Shown: positions 21,282 through 32,514 of the stretch, piece by piece
How positions within the stretch are numbered: position 1 is the first letter of the stretch
Layout: each line of letters opens with the position of its first letter
Made by a program: the position numbers and the translations under genes
The notes under the pieces: generated by a model
Seen by the model: only the letters and a program-made list of their open reading frames with translations
Database searches by the model: none
What the model was told of the DNA's origin: nothing
DNA from: an uncultured delta proteobacterium
GTDB lineage: Bacteria > Myxococcota > B64-G9
Reading direction: 5' to 3'
DNA: 64,000 nucleotides
Assembly: GCA_963754925.1 (NCBI GenBank)
Contig: CAVWHX010000007.1
Location: 297,288-361,287, forward strand

Positions 21282-21674
21282 TTATACGTTCAAGAGTATG
21301 CGATCGCCGGCGATTGAAGCCTCATACGTTTTCAACGGTTTTGCGGCTGGACCGTGAATTACATTCCCATCGAGATCGTATTTTGAACCGTGGCACGGAC
21401 AATCGATTCTCTTTGCCTGATTATTGTAGGCTACGATGCAGTGTAGATGGGTACACACGGGATCGAGCGCTCGAATGGTCGTTTCTGAATCGCGAATGAA
21501 GAGAATGTTCAAGTCTTTTACCTTGAGCACCATAGAACCGCCCACTGTTTTGAGCTTCTCGACTTTCTCAAGCGGTACTGCAAATTTTTTGGCAAAAACG
21601 TTAGACGATTTCAACAGTACCAGCCCACCGGTAGCCACAACCAAACCTTTTAGAAATTCGCGACGATTTGCCAT
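21282..21674 (-). CDS. Tat-exported Rieske [2Fe-2S] protein
   Basis: NRREFLK twin-arginine; CTHLHC and CPCHGS. Confidence 0.92.
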   Translation of the reverse strand: MANRREFLKGLVVATGGLVLLKSSNVFAKKFAVPLEKVEKLKTVGGSMVLKVKDLNILFIRDSETTIRALDPVCTHLHCIVAYNNQAKRIDCPCHGSKYDLDGNVIHGPAAKPLKTYEASIAGDRILLNV

Positions 21675-21803
21675 AGTGTTTCACTTTTCCTCAAGCGGCA
21701 GGTTAAGGTTCACCCGCCTAATTTGAACCATCTATTTAAGATGTCAGCTAATTTTGCTGCCTATAGTTGAACCAAAAATCCATTAAACAACAAGGAAATT
21801 ATA

Positions 21804-22847
21804 ATGGGCGCATGGGTACGAGATTTGCAGTCTTCTCATCCCATGTTAACAAAAGATGCACTGCAACAATCATGCTCATCACTGGACAAATCTTTTAGAG
21901 TTAAAGGTTTAGAAAAACTTTTATCTGCCTATCCGGACCAAACCGTTGGGGCGCTCAACGCGTGGCGAAATAATATATCGCCGTTCGCGATACGAACCGA
22001 TACGCCGATTATTGATGACCATACAGGCATCATGAGGCGAATCGTCGCATTTTGGAATCTTGTTTCAGATGGTTGGCAACAGGTATGGGGACCGCATATC
22101 CACCATGGTTATTATGAAGACGGTGGAAACATCACCCCGCTTGAAGCGCAGGAAAAACTTATTGAAAAGCTGGCAATTATCGCAAAAATAGAGCACGGCG
22201 AATCGATCCTAGATGCCGGCAGCAGCATCGGCGGCGGCAGCAGGTATCTGGCTAAAAATTATGACGCGCGAGTCGAGGGCATCGCTCTCGGTCCAGTTCA
22301 GGTGAGACTAGCGGTGGAGGAATCCGATCGCGCTGGCGTCAGCAACGGAAATTTTAGAAAAAAAGATGCCCATTCCCTCTCAATCTTTCCCGATAAATCA
22401 TTCGATCTCGTATGGTCGCTCGAAAGTTGCGAGCAGTTTTATGACAAAGCATTGTTTATCAGACAGGCGCATCGGGTCCTCAAGAAGAATGGAAGGCTCA
22501 TCATCGCAACCCGGTGTTCCGATCGTGATGAATATGAAGGCCGAGAAGCGCGTGCGTACCGCAAGGTATGCAAAGCATTCGATCTCCCCTATATGCCCTC
22601 ACCCGATTACTACCGTCACACCATTGAATCGAGTGGATTTCACCTTGCCGCAGCCGAGGATTGGACATCCTATGTCCAAAGAAGTTGGGACATCGGCATA
22701 TCATGGGTTGGTGATGCCTACTCATTCGTTCGGATACCTCTTACCGTCGGATTGAAGGGCTTGAAAGTTACCAGACGCATAAGACTCATGCGGCAAGCCT
22801 ACCGAAAAAACAGGGTTAAGTACGGGGTATTTCTCGGGATAAAATAG
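21804..22847 (+). CDS. Class I SAM-dependent methyltransferase (gamma-tocopherol methyltransferase-like)
   Basis: VWGPHIHHGYY, ILDAGSSIGG, FDLVWSLES; start uncertain. Confidence 0.8.
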   Translation: MGAWVRDLQSSHPMLTKDALQQSCSSLDKSFRVKGLEKLLSAYPDQTVGALNAWRNNISPFAIRTDTPIIDDHTGIMRRIVAFWNLVSDGWQQVWGPHIHHGYYEDGGNITPLEAQEKLIEKLAIIAKIEHGESILDAGSSIGGGSRYLAKNYDARVEGIALGPVQVRLAVEESDRAGVSNGNFRKKDAHSLSIFPDKSFDLVWSLESCEQFYDKALFIRQAHRVLKKNGRLIIATRCSDRDEYEGREARAYRKVCKAFDLPYMPSPDYYRHTIESSGFHLAAAEDWTSYVQRSWDIGISWVGDAYSFVRIPLTVGLKGLKVTRRIRLMRQAYRKNRVKYGVFLGIK

Positions 22848-22979
22848 ATAGATATCCTACGTCTTGACAGATCGCCATTAATGTTGTCATTTTGCGAAGA
22901 TGTTAAACACAATCTCGATTTGTTACCATGGATAATCGGAGAAGTCGTTAATTCAAGACACCGCCTTTGGAGAAAAACT

Positions 22980-23543
22980 ATGACCGAGATTATCAAGTTG
23001 TCGGTGGTGTTGTTGGCCTGCATGCACTGGCTGGCTTCGACACCGATCAACGCAGCACAAAAACCTCACCAGGCCAACTCAGACGAATCAGTGGAAACCG
23101 TTCAAGAAGTCAAGGAAGTGATCGGCGCAAACACGATTCCTGCCAATTGGCCAGTCCATGCAGCCGTTATGTCGTTTACCACCATCCTGCTTATTATCGG
23201 CATGTTCATCGCCCGTAACAAATCGCAGGACCGTTTTTGGTTGCCCAAACACCAAACGCTCGGTGTGGTAAGCCCATTTCTGATGTTGATGGGATTTGGG
23301 TCGGTTTCTTACATGCTGTTAGTCGAACAGCAACCACACTTCGAGATCCCCCACGCGTGGTATGGACTGACGGTTACGGTTTTAACTTTCCTGGTCCCCA
23401 CGTTGGGTTTTGTTATGATGAAAAAACCGGGATCCAAAATCCCCTTGAGGAAGATACACGTTTGGATTGGTAGGTTAACTATTCTGGGTATGCTCGGGGT
23501 TATAGTATCCGGTCTCTTTGCCGCAGGGTTGTTTATGTCTTAA
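22980..23543 (+). CDS. Cytochrome b561-like di-heme membrane protein
   Basis: Four TM helices each with His (VHAA, KHQT, PHAW, IHVWIGR). Confidence 0.75.
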   Translation: MTEIIKLSVVLLACMHWLASTPINAAQKPHQANSDESVETVQEVKEVIGANTIPANWPVHAAVMSFTTILLIIGMFIARNKSQDRFWLPKHQTLGVVSPFLMLMGFGSVSYMLLVEQQPHFEIPHAWYGLTVTVLTFLVPTLGFVMMKKPGSKIPLRKIHVWIGRLTILGMLGVIVSGLFAAGLFMS

Positions 23544-23587
23544 CCAATGTCCCCGCCGGGCGTCACCATTTTTCATGAACCACCGAT

Positions 23588-25363
23588 CTACGGGGCGATT
23601 TCACGAACGCTTCCCTTTTTGTAGAGCAGGCCGTTGGTGCTGACCCCGTCGCTGCGGAAGTAGACGGTTATGTTGGGTTTGTGAGTCTCGGAGCCCAATC
23701 GGTCGGGAGCGGCGGTAAGTTTCATCGCTGGATCGATACCGGTCGCGCACGGCGTCATGCCCGTCCCAAAGAAGGTGCCGTCGTCGAAAACTTCGTTGAT
23801 CTGAATCCAATTTCCGCCGTTTAGTCCATCGGTTTCGTCGATGTACAGCTCTTGCTTCACATTGCCGTCCGGTAGGTCATAGACCGCGTGTTTATATCCA
23901 ATCCAAACGTTTTTCGGCAACCCGCCGGTCCAATAGGTCTTGTTGCCCGTGGTGGTCGAGTCCGGATGTCTTGTTTCTTTCTCGAAGTCGATGTGTCCGT
24001 CCTGACGCATGCGAGCGTTGAGGCCACGTGTGTCGCACAAGTTGACCTCTTCATTGCCGATGGTGCCGTGGTTGGTGCGCGCCAGCCCCGCCATGCCCGC
24101 CCAGGCGTGCGCGTTGTCGTCAGCCACGCGCATGAAGTACATGGTCATCTCGACGTTACGCCACTGATCGACATGCGCAGGGTCGTGCACGTACATGCGC
24201 GGAACACTGCCGCTGATTTTGAGCACTCCCATTCCATCGGTCGAATAACTTCCGCTGCCGTGATCGGCGTCGAACCAGCTGTCGTTGGGGTCGATGCCCG
24301 TGAAGTTTCTGGCTATCCCGTTATCCCATTTTGAGAACCATTCCTTGCCGCCGGAGATGGTCGGGTAAAGCTCCTTGATGCCGAAACGATCGGTACCTGC
24401 CGCCGGCGGAGGATTATCAGTCGGTGGAGAATTGCCGGTCGGCGGAGGATTGTCGGTCGGCGGAGGATTAGGAGGCGTATCAGAGGAAGCGGCAACGCTG
24501 AGCTCGGTGATACTGGCCCAGAGATTTTCCGAGTTGCCATTGCACGTAACTCGAACGTAGCGGGCTTGTTGTAAAGCAAACGAATATTTCTCGATCGCCG
24601 TTGTCTTACCGCTGCTCGTGCCCGAGTAGACCGTGTTGAAAACGCTTCCATCGAGAGAGGTGGAAATAACGAATTTAGTTGTTCGCGTGTTTCCGGCATA
24701 CCAAGCAATTCCAACCTCAGAGACAGAGGTCGGGGTGCCAAGATCGAGCGTTATGTTAGCACCGACACCGTAACCGGACCAACGAGTCGAGAGGTTTCCA
24801 TCCAGGACGTTTGCAGGGACGTTGCCGTCGTCAGTGCTCGCATAAACAGTGATACCACTTGATCCCGTGGAAGCGTACAGGCGAAGCTCTGCAATACTGG
24901 CCCAGAGATTATCCGAATTTCCATTTACCGTTATCCGAACATAGCGACCCTGCTGTACCACAAATGAATAATTCTCGATCGCCGTTGTGTGACCGCTGCT
25001 CTTGCCTGTATAAAGGGTGTTGAAATTGCTTCCATCGACAGATAATGAGATGGTGAAACTGTTTGTTCTTTTATTTCCGTTATACCAAGCAATTCCAACT
25101 CCACAGACAGAAGTCGGCGCACCGAGATCAGCCGTCATATTGGCGCCGGCGCCGTATCCAGACCAGCGGGTCGATAAATTTCCATCCAGGACGTTTGAAG
25201 GAACATTACCATCGTTAGTGCTGGCAGAAACAGAAGCAATATTAGTACGTTGGCAAGTAGAAGAAAGGAAATCGCTATCTTGATTTTTCAAATTGGAACC
25301 ACAACCTGCGACAATCCAGATGAACGAAACATACCCCAAAGATCGCAAAACTTTCGACGTCAT
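23588..25363 (-). CDS. Lipoprotein with two F5/8 type C (discoidin/CBM32) domains, Pro linker and uncharacterised C-terminal domain
   Basis: VAGC lipobox; two [12 protein letters not shown]...RYVR repeats; C-terminal domain nearly identical to that of 36037..37803. Confidence 0.88.
   Translation of the reverse strand: MTSKVLRSLGYVSFIWIVAGCGSNLKNQDSDFLSSTCQRTNIASVSASTNDGNVPSNVLDGNLSTRWSGYGAGANMTADLGAPTSVCGVGIAWYNGNKRTNSFTISLSVDGSNFNTLYTGKSSGHTTAIENYSFVVQQGRYVRITVNGNSDNLWASIAELRLYASTGSSGITVYASTDDGNVPANVLDGNLSTRWSGYGVGANITLDLGTPTSVSEVGIAWYAGNTRTTKFVISTSLDGSVFNTVYSGTSSGKTTAIEKYSFALQQARYVRVTCNGNSENLWASITELSVAASSDTPPNPPPTDNPPPTGNSPPTDNPPPAAGTDRFGIKELYPTISGGKEWFSKWDNGIARNFTGIDPNDSWFDADHGSGSYSTDGMGVLKISGSVPRMYVHDPAHVDQWRNVEMTMYFMRVADDNAHAWAGMAGLARTNHGTIGNEEVNLCDTRGLNARMRQDGHIDFEKETRHPDSTTTGNKTYWTGGLPKNVWIGYKHAVYDLPDGNVKQELYIDETDGLNGGNWIQINEVFDDGTFFGTGMTPCATGIDPAMKLTAAPDRLGSETHKPNITVYFRSDGVSTNGLLYKKGSVREIAP
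23929..24391 (-). repeat. 463 bp inverted repeat, copy A
   Basis: Line-by-line comparison with 37000-37462 shows a single mismatch. Confidence 0.92.
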
Positions 25364-25441
25364 TGTCTACCTCCTCTTGGTTTTCTTGCGGTTTACATTA
25401 TAAAATTCCCTCCGTTCATGGTTTAATGCCACCGATCCATA

Positions 25442-25709
25442 AGCATCGCCATAGCGGATCAGTAACCATAATACCCCATAACTAAATAATATTATTGCTA
25501 TCTTATCTGATAAAACATTGCTTCTATGCTGCAGCCTGATTAGAATATTCTAAAGTAATAAAAATTGTAAAGAATCATTTATTCCTAGGTTTACTTAATC
25601 AGCATCAAAGTAGCGATTCACAACCACCAACATATCAATAACTGGTTAGTATTATTACTATCTTATCTAAGATAACCTAACTTCTATGCTGCAGCGGAAG
25701 TAGAATATT
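25442..25709. repeat. Two degenerate ~110 bp direct repeats, period ~160 bp
   Basis: attattRctatcttatct...cttctatgctgcagc...tagaatatt at 25491 and 25651. Confidence 0.75.
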
Positions 25710-26006
25710 ATATTTTCAAAAAAACTGTCAAGGATATTTTTTATTTGGAACGTTGAGAAGGTGGGGCACCATGGAATGCAAACCGATGGATCCAGGCGAG
25801 GTGAGCTGCCATCATTCACTTGATCGTTGTTGTTCGGGTACTTGGTGTGGTTGTAGTGAAAAAGCCCGGATCGGAGATTCCCTTGACGACTATGCATGTG
25901 CGGTTCGAAAGACTAACCGCTACCGCCATGATAGGGATCGAAAAATCCGGGCTTTTTCTCGCTGGGCTCTTCGCATCATAGCGAAGGAACCAACCATGAG
26001 CGAGTT

Positions 26007-26390
26007 TTACTGGTTCTTGATTGAAACCAACGAGTACGTATTGTCCGCTTTCTTCTTGGCGGTTACGATTACTTGTAGTTTCGAATCTTTTTTCTCCAAA
26101 AACGATATGATCTTTTTGTCGCTCGCCTTGTCGAACTTCAGAACCGTACCGTCTTCTTGGTAGAGATTCATTCCGCTTTTCCGACATTCCGGCTTCAAGA
26201 CACACTCCTTGGTGTGTGTTGGCACAAATTCCTTGAGCGCTGCCGGGTCTTGATGCGCGCCGAGACACATGCCGTCTATGATATCGCCACGATACTCCAT
26301 TGCTTTCGGTTCTGCAGCCATTACGTTCGCCGCGAGCCCAAGTGCTCCCAGAATCAGAAACGCAGAAATTAAATATTTCTTCGATTTCAT
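26007..26390 (-). CDS. Secreted small protein with Cys/His motif (DxMC...HTKECV...C)
   Basis: GGAGGAG RBS, signal peptide, upstream sigma54 motif. Confidence 0.75.
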   Translation of the reverse strand: MKSKKYLISAFLILGALGLAANVMAAEPKAMEYRGDIIDGMCLGAHQDPAALKEFVPTHTKECVLKPECRKSGMNLYQEDGTVLKFDKASDKKIISFLEKKDSKLQVIVTAKKKADNTYSLVSIKNQ

Positions 26391-26522
26391 GTTCTCCTCC
26401 TCGTTTGATTGCTTCAGTTTTACTTTGTTTAATTGACTCACGTCGTTCTGATTAACCGTACTTTGAAATTTTGCCTGTGGCATCGACCTCCTGTTCCATC
26501 TATAAATGTTCAGATAAAAACA

Positions 26523-26538
26523 AGCACGAAGTATGCCG
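26523..26538 (-). promoter_or_regulatory. Putative sigma54 promoter
   Basis: CGGCATACTTCGTGCT, GG-N10-GC. Confidence 0.45.
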
Positions 26539-26773
26539 ACGTAAAAAACTATAATTGGTAACGGTTTTATTAATACTTAACCGAAGATATTTAGCGAAAA
26601 ACACCCAAAATGAACAGCCAGTTTCGAGCTGATGACTCAAAAGTAGCCAATCGATTTAATATCTCCAGAGTCGTTTGGAGTCGCTGACCGACCTTGTGAA
26701 CGAATGAAGGATTAAAGAATCTAGGCGTAATATCAAGTGATTATGCCCATGTGATTCCAGATATATCAGATTT

Positions 26774-26789
26774 TGGCATCACTATTGCT
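26774..26789 (+). promoter_or_regulatory. Putative sigma54 promoter
   Basis: TGGCATCACTATTGCT, GG-N10-GC. Confidence 0.65.
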
Positions 26790-26884
26790 ATGAGTAAGTT
26801 GTCGTTAAAGATAACCGGAGAAGCATACGCCGGTGAAAAGCGGTTTTGTAACGAGAAGTAGAACTTTTTACATGCGATGCTGAA

Positions 26885-27298
26885 ATGAATCTACGAGAAC
26901 AAATAAAAGAGTATCGAATAGACTTCGCGCCAAACTTATCGATGCGACTGGTTGGTGTATTGGTTGCGGCAGCCTTCCTGGTAAGCTGTGGTTATTCCAA
27001 TGGAACCTCTGGCTGCACCGCCAGAAATGCGGTTGCCACTACGTCTGTGACCGTGAAAGATTTCAGCTTCGATCCATCATGTATCAAGATCGCAGCGGGT
27101 GACACGGTGACCAAGACGAACACCGGTATGCCGACGCATACAGTCACCAGTGATACCGGTGCGCCCGAAACCTTCGACTCGGGATCGCTCGGGACTGGCG
27201 GAACATTTCAACACACGTTTACGGCGGCAGAAACCGTCAAATACCACTGTAAGGTTCACGTGAACATTGGAATGCCGGGAACGGTAATCACTCAGTAA
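26885..27298 (+). CDS. Cupredoxin (plastocyanin/amicyanin-like) lipoprotein
   Basis: LVSC lipobox; HTVT...YHCKVH...M type-1 copper ligands; start may be 26942. Confidence 0.88.
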   Translation: MNLREQIKEYRIDFAPNLSMRLVGVLVAAAFLVSCGYSNGTSGCTARNAVATTSVTVKDFSFDPSCIKIAAGDTVTKTNTGMPTHTVTSDTGAPETFDSGSLGTGGTFQHTFTAAETVKYHCKVHVNIGMPGTVITQ

Positions 27299-27325
27299 TC
27301 ATTATTAACCAGGGAGGTACATACT

Positions 27326-27721
27326 ATGAATTTATCCATACAGCCAAGAAAATCGGCAATGCCTCATGGGAATGAATCGCTAATGCCTCATGGGAATAAC
27401 AGGACGAATCAGCAGGATGTTACCAAACTGGTTACGTTTGATTCCGAAGACAGAGAATATGTTTTTCATCTGGTCGAGGATCTCAACCGAGATTCAACGC
27501 GAGAACAACTTTTGCAGGTTCAGGACAGGGTGCTTAATTATCTTGAATATGCATTCTCCGGCGACATGGCGCGGGACTTTCCAGATTCCATGCTCAGCCC
27601 GTTTCGATTTCAGTTGTACTGCTTCGAGCGTCCTCGAGGGCTTGCAAAGGTCATGATCGAAGATACGGCTAACAGATTAAAGAACCTGGGAATTAGTTTC
27701 AGGGTAACGATTTTCGAATAA
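27326..27721 (+). CDS. Hypothetical protein (DUF6572-like)
   Basis: GGAGG RBS; LLQVQDRVLNYLEYAFSG; short MPHGN duplication at the N-terminus. Confidence 0.6.
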   Translation: MNLSIQPRKSAMPHGNESLMPHGNNRTNQQDVTKLVTFDSEDREYVFHLVEDLNRDSTREQLLQVQDRVLNYLEYAFSGDMARDFPDSMLSPFRFQLYCFERPRGLAKVMIEDTANRLKNLGISFRVTIFE

Positions 27722-27894
27722 CGGAAAGGTCGTTTTGGTGCTCAACATAAAAGGTACTCAACATAAAAAAGGAGTCGAAATAAAAACTCGGGCAGATTCG
27801 AGCGCCTGAGTTCGAATAAGTTTTAGGAATGTAATAACGCTTTTTTAGGCATCTTAAAATCACGGATTTTGAAAACGACACCAAGGAGTGAGTC

Positions 27895-29156
27895 GTGATG
27901 GATATTCCTATCTACCTTTTGATATTAGTGGTTTTTTTCAACCGCTACATTCTTGGACTCTATCTCAAGAAAGTCCGACGATGGATTTTTGACGATAAAG
28001 TGTCCGATTACGAACCAACCGTAACCATGGTGACCCCTCTTTTCAATGAGGGCCGCGGGATCCTCGATACGATTCGTAGCTTATTGCAGCAAGACTACCC
28101 GCCTGAGAAGCTGCGGGTGATGGTGGGGGATGACTGCTCCACGGATGACAGCTATCAATGGGCGCTGCAGGCGCAAGCCGAGAACCCCGAACGGGTCCGC
28201 GTGATCCGCAATCCGTACAACATGGGAAAACGATTGACCATCACTCAAATGGTCCGCGCCAGCGATTCCGAGATCATCGTCTCGGTCGACTCGGATGTGG
28301 TGGTGGATCGGCAGGCGGTGCGTCGGCTGGTGGAGCGTTTTACGGAACCAGATATCGCAGCGGTGGGAGGCCGTGTCCTCGTTTCTAATGCGCACGAAAA
28401 CTGGCTTACCCGTATGCAGGCGGTCAAGTATCATATCGGCTATGACTTTCTCAAGAACCTCGAGCGCTCCTTCCGTTCGGTGATGTGTCTGTCGGGCTGC
28501 CTCTCTGCTTTTCGCCGCAGCGTTTTGATCGAACTCGAGCCGATTTTGAAGAATCGCACGATCTTCGGCGTGCCTATTACGTACGGCGAAGATCGTTTTC
28601 TGACTCGGCAAATCGTGAAAGCCGGTTACCGAACCGTCTCCACCATGGATGCGCTCTGTTTTACGATAGCGCCGAATACGATCTCCAAATACTTTTCCCA
28701 GCAACTTCGCTGGAGGCGCTCCAACATCGTGGATTTCATCGGCGGGATCTCCCACGCCTGGAGACTCCATCCGCTGATATGCGTCCACTATTTGTCGATG
28801 GGAGCGGTGCTGCTCTCCTATCCGCTGATGGTCGTCGAGAAGCTTATCAACGAGTCATTTTGGGAACTGGGAGTATTCCACGTATTGGTCCTCGGAGGCA
28901 TAGCGAGCGTCTACACCGTGCGTCGATCGATCATCCCTAAGCAGTACCAGGTCCATCCAATATGGTTTCTCTTTCTATGGCGGTGATGATGCCGGTCACC
29001 TATGTACTCCTGACGCCGCTCGCCCTGTTCACCCTTGATTCCAGCAACTGGGAAACCCGCAGCCACCAGGCGGCCAGGCCGTTGGCGCCGGCTCGTATTT
29101 TGCTGACAGCGGCTCCGGTTTCCGGCCGTTCGTTGGGTAAGGCAAAAGCCGCTTGA
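27895..29156 (+). CDS. Processive GT2 polysaccharide synthase, NodC/class I hyaluronan synthase-like; frameshift near 28975
   Basis: DDCSTD, VDSD, CLSG, GEDRFLT, QQLRWRRS; C-terminal LFTLDSSNWETR lies in the shifted frame. Confidence 0.88.
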
Positions 29157-29176
29157 TTCGGCATAGGAGCAACAAC

Positions 29177-30292
29177 ATGCAGTTAATCAACATCAACGTC
29201 GCCTTACTCAATAAGCTGATCGTCTCTCTCTACAAGACGGTTGGGTTCGCCGTCCTGACGGTGATTTTATTAGGCCTCGTTGGATACATCGGACTTAACA
29301 TATCTTCTTCGTGAACCACAGCTGGATCACGCCGACCATCATCTCACGAGCCGACGAGCGGGTGCTGGCGCTCAACGCGCAGGAGGCCGAACAAGCAAGC
29401 CAACGGGACAAGCTGATCGCGCAACGCATAGAGTTACTCGGTCAGCTTGAGGAAGACAATCGCCTTATCACCACCGACGAGGCATTCCAAGCTAGTTTCC
29501 GCTTGGCGGTTAAAGATGGACTTGGCGGCCGCTGTGAACGAGCTTGAGAAACTCAACGGTCTCAAGGCACAGTATGTTCGCTCAAAGGACGAAATCGAAC
29601 GGGAGAGCCGCAAGTATGCCACGGTATCCAGCCAGCAGGCTCGGGAACTCTACGACGCTCACCTGCTCGACCAGGATGAGTACACCGCGGTAAACTACCA
29701 TCTTGCTGAGATCCTCCATTCTAATCTCTCATTGGAGGAAAACCAGGTTGCACTTTACAATCGCATGGCCGAGGTGCAGCGCAATATTGCTTCATTAAAA
29801 CTGATTCAGACCGCGCTGGAGAATGGAACCCCGCTGCCGCCAACTGGCGATCTTAGTTACCAGGTTCTTCACATCAAGGAGGACCACACGCACTCGATAA
29901 CCGAGCTTGCCAACGCGCGCAATACCCGCGACGTCCATGTACAGAATCTGTCGGCCCTTGACGTTTCAATCGACCGCTATGATCGGATTCTAAAAGAAAT
30001 TCATAATTCACCCTATTTGAAAGCGGTCGACGAAAATCTCAATATCGCTTTTGTTCCCTATGACAACGTACAGGGAGTGCGCCCCAATGTTTCGGTGTAC
30101 GAGTGCCGGCTCGGCCTCGTCTTTTGTCGAAAGGCCGGGAAAGTAGTCGAAACGCTTGAAGGCGAGGTTCAGGGCCGCCACCCTCTCCACGCGAGTTATG
30201 AACGCGGCTTGATGGTGCGCCTGGATCTTAAAAGCCCGCAAACGGCGAAAGAAAGCATTCTTTTTCTCAGCCGACCTCCGCTCCTCTTTTAG
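29177..30292 (+). CDS. Membrane-anchored coiled-coil protein, membrane-fusion/periplasmic adaptor-like; two frameshifts (~29305, ~29500)
   Basis: AGGAG RBS, ATG 29177, one N-terminal TM helix, long helical region, beta-rich C-terminus (AFVPYDN...GKV). Confidence 0.65.
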
Positions 30293-30338
30293 CGATTAAT
30301 TACGAGAGCGGGAACGGCTATGAAGGGAAGGTATTGAA

Positions 30339-32495
30339 ATGACGAGCACGAATAAAAGCAATGATAGACCAAATCTTGGGCACCTTGCGACACTTGCGGT
30401 GGTACTTACCTTTATCGCGCCGTTGGCCGCATACGGCCAGACGGTGGTAAGCCTGACGTTTGACGACGAAACCGAGGATCAATTTCAAGCGCTGGATATC
30501 CTGACGGCTCATGGCATGCATGCCACCTTCTTAATAAACAGCGGCCGGATCGGCCTCAGCGGCTATTTTACCCTGGCTCAGGTGCAGCAAGTGGCACAAG
30601 CCGGCAACGAAATCGCCGGGCACACGGTCAGTCACCCCGATCTACCCACCCTCGTTGACGACGAGCAGAAGCGCCAGATTTGCGACGATCGTGTGGCCCT
30701 CTCGAACCTCGGCTTTTCGGTCCGCAATTTCGCCTATCCCTTCGGCGACACCGACCCTGTCACCGAGCAGATTGTCGCTCAGTGCGGGTATAACTCGGCA
30801 CGCGGTATCGGCGATATTCTATCGCCGGGAAGTTGTTCTGGTTGTCCCTTAGCCGAAACCATTCCACCGGGCGACCTCTATCACACGAAAACGCCCGACT
30901 CCGTGAAAAACTGGATGACCCTCAATGACTTGGAAACCTATGTTACACAGGCGGAACAGAACGGCGGCGGCTGGGTGCAGATTGTCTTCCACCACGTATG
31001 CGACAGCTGTGGCACCGACTACTCGGTCTCCGCCGCGACGCTCACTTCGTTTCTCGACTGGTTGCAGCCGCGTAGCGCCTCGGGGACGGTGGTCAAGACC
31101 ATCGGAGATGTTATCGGTGGCCCGGTGCAACCGCTCGTGAATGGGCCGCCGCCGCCACCACCGTTAGCGGGTGGAAACTTGCTCACAAACCCTTCTATGG
31201 AGCTTGATGTCAACCCTGCGGACGGGATTCCCGATTGCTGGCAGTTGAGCAGTTTCGGCACAAACACCGGTTCTTTTGCGCGGACCAACGATGCCGAAGA
31301 TGGCGCCTGGGCGGAACAAATGCAGATTACCAGTTTCACCTCGGGCGGCCGGCGGATCCTCTCGACCCAGGACTTGGGAGCCTGCGCTCCAACGGCCTAT
31401 CCCGGACACAGCTACCAGGCCACCGGTTGGTATAAGGCGACCGGCACCCAACAACGTTTTGTCGCCTTTTACCGCAACGCCGCCGGCGGATGGGTCTGGT
31501 GGGCGCAAAGTCCGCTGCTTCCGACCTCCGCAACATACACCCAAGGAACGTGGACCGTGCCTGCCCTGCCAACCGGGGCGACCGCCATCAGTATTTCGCT
31601 CAGTCTCTACGGCGTCGGATCCGTCACCGCGGATAACTTCTCTCTGACCGACACCGACACCACGCCTCCCACGGTAACGATCACATCGCCGCTCAACGGA
31701 GCCATTGTTACCGGAACGGTGACGCTCTCAGCCAGCGCCAGCGACGCCGGCGGCATCGCTGACGTCGATTTTCTCATCAATGGCACGGCGGTAGGCTCGA
31801 TATCGCAACCACCCTACACGATGCCCTGGGACACCACCACGGTGACAAACCCGAACACTGCGATCACGGCAAGCGCCATTGACCTGGCGGGTAACGAGGC
31901 TCAGAGTTCGATCATGGTGACGGTAGGCAACCCACCACCGCCCGACACGACGCCTCCCGTGACGACCATCGCGTGCAATGGAACGACCTGCGGCAGCGGT
32001 TGGTACAATAAACCCGTGACCGTGACGCTCTCCGCAATCGATCTGCAGTCCGGAGTCGCCGCGACCCGCTATACGTTGGACGGCTCGGCGCCCACGGCGA
32101 ACAGCCTGCTCTATGCTAGTCCATTCTCGCTGTCGCAGACGGCCACCCTGGGCTTTGCCTCCTGGGATGTGGCCGGTAATGCAGAAACTCCACATTTCCA
32201 GACCATACAGATAGACACGGTTAGCCCAACCAACGTGACGGTGGTGGCTCCGGCTAACGGAGCTCAAGTCACCGGAACAACCACGATTATCGGGAGTGCC
32301 ACCGATAATGTCGGTGTGTATCGTATGCGCTTCTTCCTCGACGGGAAACAGCTCGGCACCCGCACCACGACGCCGTTACAATGGCACTGGGATACTACCA
32401 CGACGACCAAGGGATCTCACACGATCTATGTCGAGGCGGACGATGCAGCCGGCAACTCGGCGGTATCGCCGTCCATCAGTGTCGTCGTGTACTGA
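30339..32495 (+). CDS. Secreted NodB/CE4 polysaccharide deacetylase with CBM-like, Ig-like (Big) and chitobiase-C-like domains
   Basis: TFDD, GHTVSH, FAYPFG, VFHH; DTTPPTV Ig-like repeats; RYTLDGSAP. Confidence 0.9.
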   Translation: MTSTNKSNDRPNLGHLATLAVVLTFIAPLAAYGQTVVSLTFDDETEDQFQALDILTAHGMHATFLINSGRIGLSGYFTLAQVQQVAQAGNEIAGHTVSHPDLPTLVDDEQKRQICDDRVALSNLGFSVRNFAYPFGDTDPVTEQIVAQCGYNSARGIGDILSPGSCSGCPLAETIPPGDLYHTKTPDSVKNWMTLNDLETYVTQAEQNGGGWVQIVFHHVCDSCGTDYSVSAATLTSFLDWLQPRSASGTVVKTIGDVIGGPVQPLVNGPPPPPPLAGGNLLTNPSMELDVNPADGIPDCWQLSSFGTNTGSFARTNDAEDGAWAEQMQITSFTSGGRRILSTQDLGACAPTAYPGHSYQATGWYKATGTQQRFVAFYRNAAGGWVWWAQSPLLPTSATYTQGTWTVPALPTGATAISISLSLYGVGSVTADNFSLTDTDTTPPTVTITSPLNGAIVTGTVTLSASASDAGGIADVDFLINGTAVGSISQPPYTMPWDTTTVTNPNTAITASAIDLAGNEAQSSIMVTVGNPPPPDTTPPVTTIACNGTTCGSGWYNKPVTVTLSAIDLQSGVAATRYTLDGSAPTANSLLYASPFSLSQTATLGFASWDVAGNAETPHFQTIQIDTVSPTNVTVVAPANGAQVTGTTTIIGSATDNVGVYRMRFFLDGKQLGTRTTTPLQWHWDTTTTTKGSHTIYVEADDAAGNSAVSPSISVVVY

Positions 32496-32514
32496 GCCAC
32501 AAGGAGAACAGGCA

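Noticed and set aside
25442..25709. CRISPR array
   Set aside because: Only two degenerate units, period too long, no cas genes
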